Shown one piece after another: positions 1 to 10,305 of a DNA stretch of 64,000 nt (its first letter is position 1; each line of letters starts with the position of its first letter). A program made the position numbers and the translations under genes. The DNA is from Bdellovibrionales bacterium (GTDB taxonomy: Bacteria > Bdellovibrionota > Bdellovibrionia > Bdellovibrionales > JAGQZY01), in assembly GCA_964230645.1 (NCBI GenBank), contig CAXRHT010000002.1:480001-544000 (forward strand), read 5' to 3'. The notes below the pieces were generated by a model, which was not told the DNA's origin, searched no databases, and saw only the letters and a program-made list of their open reading frames with translations.

Positions 1-956
1 CCTTTCCTGTGATTGAATGGGATTCTGCTCTTTATTTTGCGCCGGACTTTACTTGGAAGCTGCGTAAACTTGTAAAACAAAAAAAATACGATGTGGTCGT
101 ATTACAGAATTTAAGGGATCTTTGGATCGTCTCCCCCGCCCTTTATAAAATTAAAAAAACGAAGCTGGTGGGTTTCTGTCAGATGCTTGTAAACGTAAAG
201 AAAAAAGACCCTCTCCATCAATTGGTCTACCGAAGATTAGACCACTTGCTCACCCTCACGGATTGGCAGCAGGGCGCTTTATCTCCTTATCTTCCCGTTC
301 GAGACGGTATTTTTGCAACGATTCCTAATTTTGTGGATACCCGTGTTTATCACCCTCACCATCGCAGTGAAAATTTTCGCTACAAATATGGCTTTTCCGA
401 AGACGATTTTGTGATTGGAATTATCGGTCGGATTGACCAGCAAAAAGGACAATTGGAACTCCTTAAAGCTTTCGCGAAAATTTCTAAGACCTTTACCAAG
501 GCGCAACTTCTCATTGCTGGTGAGCCTACTAAAGGGGAACCCCAACAGGAAAATTATTTTAGTCATATTAAAGCACAGGTCACCAAAAATGGTTTGGATA
601 AAAAAGTTCATTTCATTGGTTTTCAAAAAGAAACCAATGTTTTAACAGCCAATCTCGACCTCTTTGTTTTAGCCTCTCATCAGGAAACCTTTGGGTATGT
701 GGTTGTTGAAGCCATGGCCAGTGGTGTGCCTGTTCTTGGCACCAAGGCCGGAGGCGTTCCGGAAATACTTGAAAACGGAGATTGTGGTTTCTTGTGCCAG
801 CCTAAAGACTGGGAGGATATGGCCAATCAATTGGAACAGATTCTCACCCAGTCTGAAGAGAGGGAAAAGAAAGCCCACAGGGGGCTTGAGCGAGCTCGCT
901 CCTTTTACGATAGAGAAAAAGTCTATCAACGCTTTATTAAACTTATAAAAAAATAA
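1..956 (+). CDS. Glycosyltransferase family 4 (GT-B), probably 5'-truncated by the window edge
   Basis: IGIIGRIDQQKG and ETFGYVVVEAMASGVPVLGT GT4 motifs; frame is open back to the window start. Confidence 0.9.
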   Translation, partial: FPVIEWDSALYFAPDFTWKLRKLVKQKKYDVVVLQNLRDLWIVSPALYKIKKTKLVGFCQMLVNVKKKDPLHQLVYRRLDHLLTLTDWQQGALSPYLPVRDGIFATIPNFVDTRVYHPHHRSENFRYKYGFSEDDFVIGIIGRIDQQKGQLELLKAFAKISKTFTKAQLLIAGEPTKGEPQQENYFSHIKAQVTKNGLDKKVHFIGFQKETNVLTANLDLFVLASHQETFGYVVVEAMASGVPVLGTKAGGVPEILENGDCGFLCQPKDWEDMANQLEQILTQSEEREKKAHRGLERARSFYDREKVYQRFIKLIKK

Positions 957-998
957 GTTGTCAGTGAGTCAGCTTCTGATTTTTGCTACAATTTTATT

Positions 999-2129
999 AT
1001 GACAGAAAATACTCACATCTATCTTGTCCCCGGTTTTTTTGGTTTTGCAAGCCTTGGTTCTTACAATTACTTCTACCGGGTGAAAGACACCCTGGAGAGT
1101 TATTTTGAGAATAACTACGGTGTTATCCCCAAGATTGTTCACTGTCGCACCCAACCCACCTCTTCGTTAAAAAGGCGAGCCACCACAATACTTGATGAGA
1201 TCAAAGCGGCTGATGGTCTCCTTGCCGATCAAATTCACTTAGTGGGTCACTCCACCGGTGGGCTTGATATAAGACTTATTGCCACGCCCGATGTGCGCTT
1301 AAGAGAGGATCAATTAGAGAAAAAAGTGGGAGAAAAAGTTAGAAGTGTTACCACAATCTCGACTCCTCACTTCGGCACTCCACTAGCAAGTTTCTTTAAC
1401 ACTTTACAGGGAAGACATGTCTTACAACTTCTCACCGCCCTTGCCATTAATCGCGCCGGACGAGGAGCCATCTTTTTAACTTCAAAAAGTCTCTCACTGG
1501 CGGCCGAGCTTGATGACTGGATGGGAAGAAAAAATTCTTTTCTCGACACTCTCTCCCAACGTTTATTAAAAAATATCAGTTTAAAAAAAGACGACCCCAT
1601 TTGGGGGTTCTTAGAGGAAATTAAAAACGATCAAGGGGCGATCATTCAACTCACTCCCGAGGGCATGCACCTTTTTAATGCGGCTGTCTCCGATCGTCCT
1701 GAAGTGGACTACCGCTGTGTGATCACGGCTGTAAAAAAACCAAAACTTCGTGAACTCCCCTTTAAGTTCCGACGCCCCACCGCTGGTGCCACCGCTTCAC
1801 TTTTTTGGTTTCTTTATAATATGACAAAAAACGAACATCGCCACTACCCTTACCCAAGCCCAGCGGACTCTTATGTCGATAGCGGTGAGATGGATTGGCC
1901 CTATGTGCTTCGCCCCACTCTCAATGATGGTGTGTGCCCGGCACTAAGCCAAATTTATGGCGAAGTCATCGATGCGGTCGAAGCGGACCATATGGATATC
2001 GTAGGTCAGTTTCATGGCGCCGGTGACACGCCCTACGCCGACTGGCTCAGTTCTGGAGCCAACTTTAGCGAAACCGAATTTAAAAGAGTGTGGCAAAGTA
2101 TTGCAGAGAAAATTGCAGAATCGAATTAA
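999..2129 (+). CDS. Lipase/esterase, alpha/beta hydrolase
   Basis: LVPGFFGF oxyanion region, GHSTGG nucleophile elbow, TPHFGTP, NDGV and DH catalytic Asp/His motifs. Confidence 0.85.
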   Translation: MTENTHIYLVPGFFGFASLGSYNYFYRVKDTLESYFENNYGVIPKIVHCRTQPTSSLKRRATTILDEIKAADGLLADQIHLVGHSTGGLDIRLIATPDVRLREDQLEKKVGEKVRSVTTISTPHFGTPLASFFNTLQGRHVLQLLTALAINRAGRGAIFLTSKSLSLAAELDDWMGRKNSFLDTLSQRLLKNISLKKDDPIWGFLEEIKNDQGAIIQLTPEGMHLFNAAVSDRPEVDYRCVITAVKKPKLRELPFKFRRPTAGATASLFWFLYNMTKNEHRHYPYPSPADSYVDSGEMDWPYVLRPTLNDGVCPALSQIYGEVIDAVEADHMDIVGQFHGAGDTPYADWLSSGANFSETEFKRVWQSIAEKIAESN

Positions 2130-2230
2130 AACCACAACCATTCCTCTGAACTGGTTAGTGTCTCTTTTTGAGACGGGAATGTTTGTTTTTGTGGATTGGT
2201 GTTTCTCTGCAATTTTCTTATTATTTATCT

Positions 2231-2479
2231 ATGGTACGGAAATGCATACAAATAGCAATTTTACTTCTCGTCATCTCTCAAGTGGATCAATGGCTTTTTT
2301 CTAAAAGTGAATTGGCTCAAATTGTGTGGAAAGAAAAAATGCGCAAAGAAATGAGGTCTTCTCAAGACTATCCAAAAAGCCGAGACCTCGCCCAGTTCAA
2401 CGAAGATGAGAGCCTCAGTGAACTTGATCGGCAGATGACCGAAGAGATTAAAAAGGTGTTGCAAGAAAAGAGTCGTTAG
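2231..2479 (+). CDS. Small hypothetical protein with N-terminal hydrophobic segment
   Basis: ORF 2168-2479, ATG at 2231 preferred; stop overlaps the convergent gene. Confidence 0.45.
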   Translation: MVRKCIQIAILLLVISQVDQWLFSKSELAQIVWKEKMRKEMRSSQDYPKSRDLAQFNEDESLSELDRQMTEEIKKVLQEKSR

Positions 2480-3468
2480 AGGCTCTCGTCTTTCATCACA
2501 CTGCCTTTTTCAATAAAGTCTAAGTTTTTATTTTCACTGTACTCAATCTTTTTCACATTGGGCGGCAAGGTGCTGACCATCGAAGAAAGCAAGCGAATAA
2601 AAGTTGATGAAATTCCAGATAGGTCAATCCCATGACCCTGATCTATAAGAGGAATAACAGGTTGTTCGACATGACGATAAGGCTCATAAGGGATGATTCC
2701 GTCATTAGGCCCCCAAGCCTTTAAAGCCTCGCGCCTCTTCCATTCCTGATAGCCAAGGCCGGAATCACACTTTAAACCTAAAAAGTGAACCGTCTTGACT
2801 CCCTTGGTGTTCAGCCTTGAGTTAAAATATCTTTGCTCGCTTGAAAAACTTCTCTGGGCGCCCGTCACATTGTAAAAAAGAGACTTTTTATCGGAGCAAT
2901 GAAAAAGAGGAGACCCAAAAATAAGACCTGAAACATTGGCCCATCCTTTAATGGTGCTCGCCTCTTCTTTTGTCATATTATCAAGCATCACGCGCACAAA
3001 AGCGGAGCCAAAGGAATAAGAAACAATAATACATTTTCTTTGTTTTTTTCTTTTCTCTTCAATGAGTTTGTAAAGACGTTTGGCCCCTAATAAAACCCGG
3101 TCAGTGTGAAGTTGAGCCGGGGTGACATAGGCAAATTGCCCGCTCATACAAAGCCCCATGCTCTGCCTTAAAAAACGTCGCACTGAGGATTTGGCAATGG
3201 TCTTTTCAGGAGGGGTTACAATGAAAACATCCACCTCTCGGTTGAGAGGATTGCTCTCTTGGCGATGAAGCTCGATCTCTCGGCGCAGTCTTTTATAGCG
3301 GTTGTGATGGGTGAAGTAGAGTTGAGCGTAATGAGTGGCGGCTTGTAAGCCCAAGCGGTTCTTACAGTCGATAAAGTTTTGTTGTGGATCAATTTTAAAA
3401 GACTTAAGAGCGGAGTAATAGCTCTCGGAATCGTTTAAGCTTCTGTCTCGGAAAAAACGTTCAAACAT
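2476..3468 (-). CDS. Divergent alpha/beta-hydrolase-fold protein
   Basis: SYSFG in place of GxSxG; WGPNDGII and GH motifs near the C-terminus. Confidence 0.6.
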   Translation of the reverse strand: MFERFFRDRSLNDSESYYSALKSFKIDPQQNFIDCKNRLGLQAATHYAQLYFTHHNRYKRLRREIELHRQESNPLNREVDVFIVTPPEKTIAKSSVRRFLRQSMGLCMSGQFAYVTPAQLHTDRVLLGAKRLYKLIEEKRKKQRKCIIVSYSFGSAFVRVMLDNMTKEEASTIKGWANVSGLIFGSPLFHCSDKKSLFYNVTGAQRSFSSEQRYFNSRLNTKGVKTVHFLGLKCDSGLGYQEWKRREALKAWGPNDGIIPYEPYRHVEQPVIPLIDQGHGIDLSGISSTFIRLLSSMVSTLPPNVKKIEYSENKNLDFIEKGSVMKDESL

Positions 3469-3557
3469 TGATAGACCCCTCTTTCAAGAGACATCATATC
3501 GATAAGAGCCGCTATTCCCTAAGGATTCAGCGGCCCTTCTGGACCTTTGTCCTGCTA

Positions 3558-4133
3558 TCAGCTCTTAGAGGCTGATTTTTTCATTTTCTGGTCTCTTTTA
3601 TACTGCAGCGCTTTCAATTTCGCCTCGCAAATATCCAGCTTTTCCTGGTATTCGTCCTCTCTTTTTTGAAGGACACGCTTGTAGTTTTTAAAACGCTTAA
3701 TGCGGTCCTTAAGAAACTCCTGGTTCACTCCCACTAGTTTTTCTTTTTCATAACCGATTTCAAAATCGTCTTCTTTATCAGTGACCCGGTCGATGGGTTC
3801 CGTCCACATCAATTTGCCCGTTCCACCGTATTTAGGATGAATCACTTCAGCACGACATCTTTTTAAAACTCCATAAAGACCTTGGGAACCATATTTTCTG
3901 GAACCATAAACACGGTCCTCAAGACTGTAGACATTGATATGAAGACGTCTCAACTCCTCGGCCATATCGACTTTCTGTTGAAAAACCATATCTCCGTCTT
4001 TAACGCCAATGGTTTGCTCATCGTTGAGACTTTTCGCTTTTTCCATTGTGGTATCAATTTCTTTGGCCTCGTGGGGGTTACTGGCACAATGGCACAGGAA
4101 TAAGGCTAGTAAAGATAAGACTAGGACTTTCAT
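3558..4133 (-). CDS. Hypothetical lipoprotein with coiled coil
   Basis: MKVLVLSLLALFLCHC signal/lipobox-like N-terminus; GAGGAG RBS upstream of ATG 4133. Confidence 0.75.
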   Translation of the reverse strand: MKVLVLSLLALFLCHCASNPHEAKEIDTTMEKAKSLNDEQTIGVKDGDMVFQQKVDMAEELRRLHINVYSLEDRVYGSRKYGSQGLYGVLKRCRAEVIHPKYGGTGKLMWTEPIDRVTDKEDDFEIGYEKEKLVGVNQEFLKDRIKRFKNYKRVLQKREDEYQEKLDICEAKLKALQYKRDQKMKKSASKS

Positions 4134-4379
4134 AAAGCTTCTCCTCAAAAAGGGTTCAGGGTATATCCTAATCACGATTATAGGCCCTGAACAAGCCTAA
4201 TATCCTCAAAGACCGAGTCAATGGCAGGAGGACACCACCCATTGGTCAGACGAAAAAGTAGACAGATTATTGACAAATAAACCAACAGTTTTCTCAAAAT
4301 GACACGCGTAATTTAGCGCAGAGCTGGCAGGCCTCTTGCACCCTTAATAGGCATAACGAATAACAAGAAGGGGGACTGG

Positions 4380-4706
4380 ATGTCTTCAACAATGAAAAAA
4401 GTATTACTCTTTATCACAATCATCGGATTAAGCAGTGTCGCCCAAACACGAGACAGCGGTGAGGCCTTTTTAATGCTAAGGCAAGCCATGATGGATTCCA
4501 ACAAAGACTACAACCAGCATAAGAAAAAAGCCAATCACGAGGAGTTTGACCGTGTTGAAAAATGGGGCCGCCGTAACAGCGCGACCATCGTCATCAACGG
4601 TGAAGCCGCAACAAGCTCTGAACTTGACGAGTTCAAACAGCCTCAAGAGGCGCCCGCTGATCGCGAAGTTTCTTCCAATCTGGATGAGAAAAATCAAGAT
4701 CTTTAA
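4380..4706 (+). CDS. Hypothetical secreted protein
   Basis: MKKVLLFITIIGLSSVA signal peptide; purine-rich RBS. Confidence 0.7.
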   Translation: MSSTMKKVLLFITIIGLSSVAQTRDSGEAFLMLRQAMMDSNKDYNQHKKKANHEEFDRVEKWGRRNSATIVINGEAATSSELDEFKQPQEAPADREVSSNLDEKNQDL

Positions 4707-4788
4707 GACAACTGAGACTTAAAAGTCACGATCTTCTCAGTTTGGGACCTATCTTGTCTAAACCGAAAAGATTAAAGAAAATAGGAGA

Positions 4789-5532
4789 ATGAGGTTTATC
4801 ATTCTCCTTTTTTTATTGTCTTTTCTCGCCACCCCCACACAGGCCTATGATTTCAATCAAGCCATTCGCGAGAAGCAGCAGGCCAAAGACGCAAGGCGAT
4901 GGAGCCTGAGTCAGTGGATGGAACAAAAAAGTAAAATCAAATTAATGGACACTTGGTTGGCTTACAACAAACCCAGTCCCTACGAATTCTTTTTCAGTGT
5001 CGACACCTCCAATGTGGAGCAAGAAAATCAAGTGGGAAACAATCCCCCCTCCCCCTCTCAAACCTTTAGAAACTATAGAGGCTCTCTAGCGGCCTTTGTC
5101 ACCATGGTGGGTCTTTACGGCGAGTATGAACAAAGCGACGAGGAGCTCACGCAGTGGAAAGCTCTTTTTATGTTTCGTCTGCTGGGCTATTCGGATCAAT
5201 CCACCAACCTCACACTTCACTACGGCCTTATGAATCAAGATTTCAATGAAGATCCCGTGCAGTTTCAAGTCGGCGGGGGACGCCTTAACTTCTATTTAAT
5301 CAAGGCTTTTGCTCTGACAGGACTTTACGAGCATATTTTTGAAGCCACCTCTGAAAATCAAGAGCTCACCCAGCAGGGGCACCGCTGGGAAGCAGGCGCC
5401 TTCATAGAATATGGGGCGCTTAGGATCTATGGCTCTTTTTACCAGGAAAAGATGGATATCGTGACCCCCTTGATGATCGAATCCACGCGCACGCGTCAGG
5501 GTGTGCTCTACGGTCTGCGCTTTTACTTCTAA
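4789..5532 (+). CDS. Putative outer-membrane beta-barrel protein
   Basis: Signal peptide, amphipathic beta-strands, C-terminal YGLRFYF beta-signal; AGGAG RBS. Confidence 0.7.
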   Translation: MRFIILLFLLSFLATPTQAYDFNQAIREKQQAKDARRWSLSQWMEQKSKIKLMDTWLAYNKPSPYEFFFSVDTSNVEQENQVGNNPPSPSQTFRNYRGSLAAFVTMVGLYGEYEQSDEELTQWKALFMFRLLGYSDQSTNLTLHYGLMNQDFNEDPVQFQVGGGRLNFYLIKAFALTGLYEHIFEATSENQELTQQGHRWEAGAFIEYGALRIYGSFYQEKMDIVTPLMIESTRTRQGVLYGLRFYF

Positions 5533-5643
5533 ACCCTATAAAAATACGTTTGTTTGTCCTTTATTCGATATGGACACTGCGGTCGAGCCTATGTCACAAT
5601 GGGGGCGAAACTTTATTGTCTTTGCAATCAAGAGGAGAACAAA

Positions 5644-7296
5644 ATGGCCAAGTGGCACAGTCATTATCCCAAAGGAATCCCCGAAAACATTCCAAGCCCT
5701 GAAAATCAGTCCATCGCAGAATTGATTGAAGCGAATGTAAAAAAATACAAAGACAAACCCGCTTTTACCAACATGGGTGTTTCAAAAACTTATCAGGAAA
5801 TCGATCGTCTTTCCGATTATTTCGCCAACTATCTGAGGGAAAAGTGTGGCCTAAAAAAAGGCGACCGCATAGCGATCCAAATGCCCAACGTGCTGCAATT
5901 TCCAGTGGTCATGTTTGGAGCCATTAAAGCAGGGGTCGTGGTGGTGAACACAAACCCCCTTTATACTGAGCGCGAGATGCTTCATCAATTTAAAGACTCC
6001 GAAGCAAAAGCCATTGTCATTCTTGCCAACTTCGCAAGTCACTTAGAAAAAATCATTGATCAAACCAAGATAGAACATGTGATCGTTACAGAAATTGGTG
6101 ACCTTTTCCCTGGGGTAAAGAAATTTCTTGTGAATAACGTGGTCAAATACGTCAAAAGAATGGTTCCCTCTTATAATATTCCTCAGGCTAAATCTCTTCT
6201 CGATTGCCTTGAGGAGGGAAAACAGTTTGATTTCAAAAAAGTACCCACCGATCTCGAAGATCTCGCCTTTTTACAATACACAGGTGGAACAACTGGTGTT
6301 TCCAAAGGAGCCATGCTTACTAACGCTAATATTCTTGCTAATATGAACCAAATTTTTGCTTGGATGTCGCCGAAGTTTGTCGAGGGCAAAGAAGTTATTA
6401 TCACACCACTTCCCCTTTATCACATCTTTTCACTAACAGTGAACTGCTTGGCTTTAATGTGTTACGGCGCGGAGAATGTGTTGATCACAAACCCACGGGA
6501 CATCCCTGATTTTATCAAAACCCTCAAAAAGCACCCTTTCACCGTCATGTCGGGAGTGAACACACTTTTTAATGCTCTTTTAAATAACAAAGATTTTGCA
6601 AGCGTCGATTTTTCTCAATTGAAATTAAGTGTGGCAGGCGCCATGGCCCTACAAGACAATGTCGCTAAAAAGTGGGAAGAGGTCACCGGCACAAAGGTCA
6701 TTGAAGGTTATGGTCTAACCGAAGCCTCCCCTGTCGTATGCTGTAACCCTGTTGATGGAACTGAACAAAGAGGTACGATTGGTCTTCCTTTACCCAGTAC
6801 CGAGATAAAACTCGTCGATGAAGAAGGAAAAGAAGTGGCGGAAGGCGAAGCCGGAGAGCTCTGCTGTAAAGGTCCTCAAGTGATGAAAGGTTATTGGAAT
6901 AAACCGGAAGAATCATCAGGAAGCCTTAAAGAGGAATGGCTTCACACCGGAGACATGGCGATGATGCAACCCGATGGCTTCTTTAAAATTGTGGATCGCA
7001 AAAAAGATATGATTCTTGTCTCGGGATTTAATGTCTACCCTAATGAAATTGAAGATGTGATAGCCAATCACCCGGCCGTCAACGAGGTGGCAGCCGTTGG
7101 TGTCCCTTGTGATAAGTCCGGAGAGGCTGTTAAAATTTTCGTGGTCAAAAAAGGCAATGTCACAGGCGAAGAGCTTAGAGCCTATGCCAAGAAAAATCTC
7201 ACGGCCTATAAAGTTCCGCGCTATGTGGAGTTCAGAGATGACCTCCCAAAAAGTAACGTCGGAAAAATTCTTCGACGTGAGTTGAGAGACAGTTAA
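5644..7296 (+). CDS. fadD: Long-chain-fatty-acid--CoA ligase
   Basis: LQYTGGTTGVSKG AMP-binding motif, EGYGLTE, WLHTGD, LPKSNVGKILRR; GAGGAG RBS before ATG 5644. Confidence 0.95.
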   Translation: MAKWHSHYPKGIPENIPSPENQSIAELIEANVKKYKDKPAFTNMGVSKTYQEIDRLSDYFANYLREKCGLKKGDRIAIQMPNVLQFPVVMFGAIKAGVVVVNTNPLYTEREMLHQFKDSEAKAIVILANFASHLEKIIDQTKIEHVIVTEIGDLFPGVKKFLVNNVVKYVKRMVPSYNIPQAKSLLDCLEEGKQFDFKKVPTDLEDLAFLQYTGGTTGVSKGAMLTNANILANMNQIFAWMSPKFVEGKEVIITPLPLYHIFSLTVNCLALMCYGAENVLITNPRDIPDFIKTLKKHPFTVMSGVNTLFNALLNNKDFASVDFSQLKLSVAGAMALQDNVAKKWEEVTGTKVIEGYGLTEASPVVCCNPVDGTEQRGTIGLPLPSTEIKLVDEEGKEVAEGEAGELCCKGPQVMKGYWNKPEESSGSLKEEWLHTGDMAMMQPDGFFKIVDRKKDMILVSGFNVYPNEIEDVIANHPAVNEVAAVGVPCDKSGEAVKIFVVKKGNVTGEELRAYAKKNLTAYKVPRYVEFRDDLPKSNVGKILRRELRDS

Positions 7297-7311
7297 TATT
7301 CTCGCCGTACT

Positions 7312-7509
7312 ATTGTCATTCTGAGCGTAGCATTGTCATTCTGAGCGCAGCGAAGAATCTGTCGCCACTGAGTTCACATTATCACCTGAAGTACTCGGTA
7401 AAGATTCTTCGCTGCGCTCAGAATGACAGTGTTGCCCTCAGAATGACAGTGTTGCGCTCAGAATGACAGTGTTGCCGTCAGAATGACAATGCCGACCTCA
7501 GAATGACAA
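7312..7509. repeat. REP/BIME-like inverted pair with 20-bp tandem arrays of arm termini
   Basis: TGTCATTCTGAGCGCAGCGAAGAATCT at 7334-7360 and its perfect reverse complement at 7402-7428; GAATGAC at 7421/7441/7461/7481/7501; GTCATTCTGAGC at 7315/7335. Confidence 0.9.
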
Positions 7510-7637
7510 ATGCTACAATCCGGAGTCTGCGTACATTCATAGCTTTTATCAATAGAAAAGAGCGTTTTTTTAAATTATTGATTATATCTAATTTTTGATA
7601 CTGATTTCCTTGCCTCAAACAATGAAAGGAAATCAAA

Positions 7638-8213
7638 ATGTTAAAAATAATTAAACTCACCGGTCTGTGTATTCTCTTTAGTCAAAATCTCTGGGCGCAA
7701 AACTTCCAACCCGCTCGTTGCGAGACCAATAACTTTGGTCAGATTTTTGACTTCTTAACCCTTACTCCCACTGATAATGGACTTGATATATTGATCGAAT
7801 ATAAAAACCCGATGACACCCACCCTTTTCCCAAAGAATCTTGAGCATATCGCTAGTAGTCTGAGTCTACATCCTGAGGAGGTCGATTCTGTAAAACTCAC
7901 GTTTGGTAAGGATCAATGTTGGCAACACAACGAAAAAAATTGGATTTTCCAATGCATCTCTGACCCTCATCCTCTTCCAAAAGGCCACAAGATTTTAGCT
8001 GAGGTTACCACAACAGATGGTCTCACCCACAAGATCCAGGTCGCCACTCGATTGAGTATTACCGGACTACAAACTATTAGTTCCATGGGACCCGGCTCCA
8101 TTCGGCCTCAGTTTCAGATGAATATCACCAAACCTCACCCCACACATATTGGGTCCATTGTGCTGGCCCACGATCAACACGAAAACCATTTTGGATACTG
8201 CCGGAACGACTAA
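7638..8213 (+). CDS. Hypothetical secreted protein
   Basis: 191-aa ORF, signal-peptide-like N-terminus, AAGGA RBS. Confidence 0.7.
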   Translation: MLKIIKLTGLCILFSQNLWAQNFQPARCETNNFGQIFDFLTLTPTDNGLDILIEYKNPMTPTLFPKNLEHIASSLSLHPEEVDSVKLTFGKDQCWQHNEKNWIFQCISDPHPLPKGHKILAEVTTTDGLTHKIQVATRLSITGLQTISSMGPGSIRPQFQMNITKPHPTHIGSIVLAHDQHENHFGYCRND

Positions 8214-8346
8214 AAGCTATATTTTTTAAGTACCTACAAGGTATTCTTTCTGAGAATATACTTATATCTATTTAAAATTTGATTTCTCTCCCGCTTGGGT
8301 GCAGTTTAAGCATCGAAAACTTAAACCACTCCAAAGGGGGAGAATC

Positions 8347-8982
8347 ATGAAAAATCTATTAATCTTAACACTAGCGACGTTGGTGACGAGCCTTAGCACT
8401 CAAGCGGCATCAGAAAAACATTTGGAACAAAAACAGAGCACTTTCAATCAAGGTGAGATCTCTGTGCACTACACCGAAGAGTTTAAAACTTTTAAGACAA
8501 GCACTCTCAACACACGTCACACTGTTTTTGTCGACAAGATTGTTTTTTCAGGAGAAGCCGGTCAAATTTTAGCGCAAAGAATTGCAGAAGTGGGTCAAAC
8601 AAAAGGACAAACAGCCGACCTAAAACTCGATGACTTAAATTTTGGAGCCATTGGCGAAAGTGTCAGCTTTGAGTGCGACCTCACAGAGAACTTATGTGTA
8701 ATGAGCTATATTGCTTCCCAAGGAGCCACTTCTGGTCTTGGCAGTACCGACTATAGTAACCACTTCGAAAAGTCGATTGCTGAAGTCATGGCTAACCCTT
8801 ATCCAGAAAACTTTGTTCTCAGCTCTCGCTCGAACACTTTCGATCCCAGACGTCCACTGATCTTTTTTGATCGTGATGAAGTCGCTAGAGTTTTTGAACC
8901 CACTGGCCTTTGCGAATTTGAAGTGATCCCCGGAAGCATCTATGGCCCCGGTGGTGTAAACTGCGCAATGTTTTTAAACTAG
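8347..8982 (+). CDS. Hypothetical secreted protein
   Basis: MKNLLILTLATLVTSLSTQA signal peptide; GGGGAG RBS before ATG 8347. Confidence 0.75.
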   Translation: MKNLLILTLATLVTSLSTQAASEKHLEQKQSTFNQGEISVHYTEEFKTFKTSTLNTRHTVFVDKIVFSGEAGQILAQRIAEVGQTKGQTADLKLDDLNFGAIGESVSFECDLTENLCVMSYIASQGATSGLGSTDYSNHFEKSIAEVMANPYPENFVLSSRSNTFDPRRPLIFFDRDEVARVFEPTGLCEFEVIPGSIYGPGGVNCAMFLN

Positions 8983-9001
8983 TTTTTTTATTGAAAAAAA
9001 T

Positions 9002-9035
9002 AAAAAAGGCTCCTTTTATAAGGAGCCTTTTTTTT
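9002..9035. terminator. Bidirectional rho-independent terminator
   Basis: A-tract GGCTCCTT-loop-AAGGAGCC T-tract between convergent genes. Confidence 0.85.
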
Positions 9036-9059
9036 GCTTATGACAATTTCTTTTTAAAG

Positions 9060-9557
9060 TTACGCAGCTTGATCTTCCGACTTTTGAGTGAGGAAACGAA
9101 AGAATTTTACTTCACTCACATCAAGCTCTGGGTCACAGTCCGCTCCACAGATTTTGGTTTTATCAAAATCTAACTTGACTTGGCCACCTTCAACTTTGAC
9201 ATCTTTTCCAACCTGAAAAAGAACTTCTTTTTCTTCGTCACAGTCCTCACAGTAAAAAGGCACTTCAAGGCTATTCACTTTTGACTTAGGGGGAAGAAAT
9301 CCTTCCACCATATTCATCTGCATGACCAAAGCTTTTGGACAATTGACAAAAGTAAAAGCAGTGTCTTGAAAGTCATTGAACCACATAATCCAGGCACGAA
9401 TTCCTACGGAGTTGATCGAAGAAACATCTTTTAAGTCTATTACAACTTCACTGCCCATATCGGTAACACTTGGAAATTGTGCTTCTTCATCAATAGGTCC
9501 CATAAACTGGAAACAAGGTAGACCATCCACTTCTGTTTTCTTAACTTCAAATGCCAT
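9060..9557 (-). CDS. STAS-like (anti-anti-sigma) protein with C-terminal Cys cluster
   Basis: VVIDLKDVSSINSVGIRAW STAS motif with the phospho-Ser position; CEDC...C...C tail. Confidence 0.8.
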   Translation of the reverse strand: MAFEVKKTEVDGLPCFQFMGPIDEEAQFPSVTDMGSEVVIDLKDVSSINSVGIRAWIMWFNDFQDTAFTFVNCPKALVMQMNMVEGFLPPKSKVNSLEVPFYCEDCDEEKEVLFQVGKDVKVEGGQVKLDFDKTKICGADCDPELDVSEVKFFRFLTQKSEDQAA

Positions 9558-9558
9558 C

Positions 9559-10305
9559 TTAAGACTCCTTAGCCTCTATTATAATCAAACTTTTATTCAT
9601 TTCAACGCGATCTTCGTGGTGAGCATTTCTTGGCATCCAAACCAAGACTAAAGATCCCTTTCCAGGATCAACGGTGATCGCTAAACCTACGCCCAGAGTA
9701 TAGATAAGATAACTACCAATTCCCGCTCCGGAGTTTTCATCCTTTTTAATCGCATTTTTAACACCTTGATCAAAACATCGTTGCATATTGGCTAGCATAT
9801 CCCTTGGATTGAGTGTTCCAAAATGGTCACGGCAGTAAAGAACCACTGTTTCATCATTGGCATCAATTCCAAATTTCATCGATTTTTGATTGTCGGCGGC
9901 CGACTTTGCGAAATTGGTAAATAACTCATCTGATATTAAAAAGAGATCATCTCTGACTCTTCTAAATTTTTTATTCTTTAAAAACTGTTCCACCTGAGAG
10001 AGAAAGTCTTTTTTGTTGGAGTGTCCAAAAAACTTCTGTTGAAATCTCATACTGATATCTTCAGTGACTTCAATGAGACTCTCACCCGGGTTTTCTAAAA
10101 AATTTGCGACGTTGTCTTTAATTTTCACAACTCTTAGCTCATCAAAACCGTTAGTCACCACTTGTAGTGGATTGTGAGACATAGCTAAGTTAACTGCATC
10201 ACTTGGTGTTATATCCGACCCAACGACGATTTTGTCTTTGAGGTCGCCTTGCACCCCTTTCACAAAATCCTTCAGATAGATTACATTTTTCTTATTATCA
10301 CTCAT
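9559..10305 (-). CDS. HATPase_c-like anti-sigma factor/Ser kinase-like protein
   Basis: DELFTN (N box), RDHFG (G1-like), GAGIG (G2) motifs; lies between SpoIIE and STAS genes. Confidence 0.7.
   Translation of the reverse strand: MSDNKKNVIYLKDFVKGVQGDLKDKIVVGSDITPSDAVNLAMSHNPLQVVTNGFDELRVVKIKDNVANFLENPGESLIEVTEDISMRFQQKFFGHSNKKDFLSQVEQFLKNKKFRRVRDDLFLISDELFTNFAKSAADNQKSMKFGIDANDETVVLYCRDHFGTLNPRDMLANMQRCFDQGVKNAIKKDENSGAGIGSYLIYTLGVGLAITVDPGKGSLVLVWMPRNAHHEDRVEMNKSLIIIEAKES

Noticed and set aside
5554..5643. N-terminal extension of FadD, and similar extensions on nqrC, queD, mpaA and the RimK-associated protease
   Set aside because: Downstream ATGs with better RBS or family-typical N-termini; the extensions are longest-ORF artefacts.
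7421..7509. 20-bp periodic array as a CRISPR
   Set aside because: Period too short, no unique spacers of about 30 nt, no cas genes; units are copies of the REP arm end.
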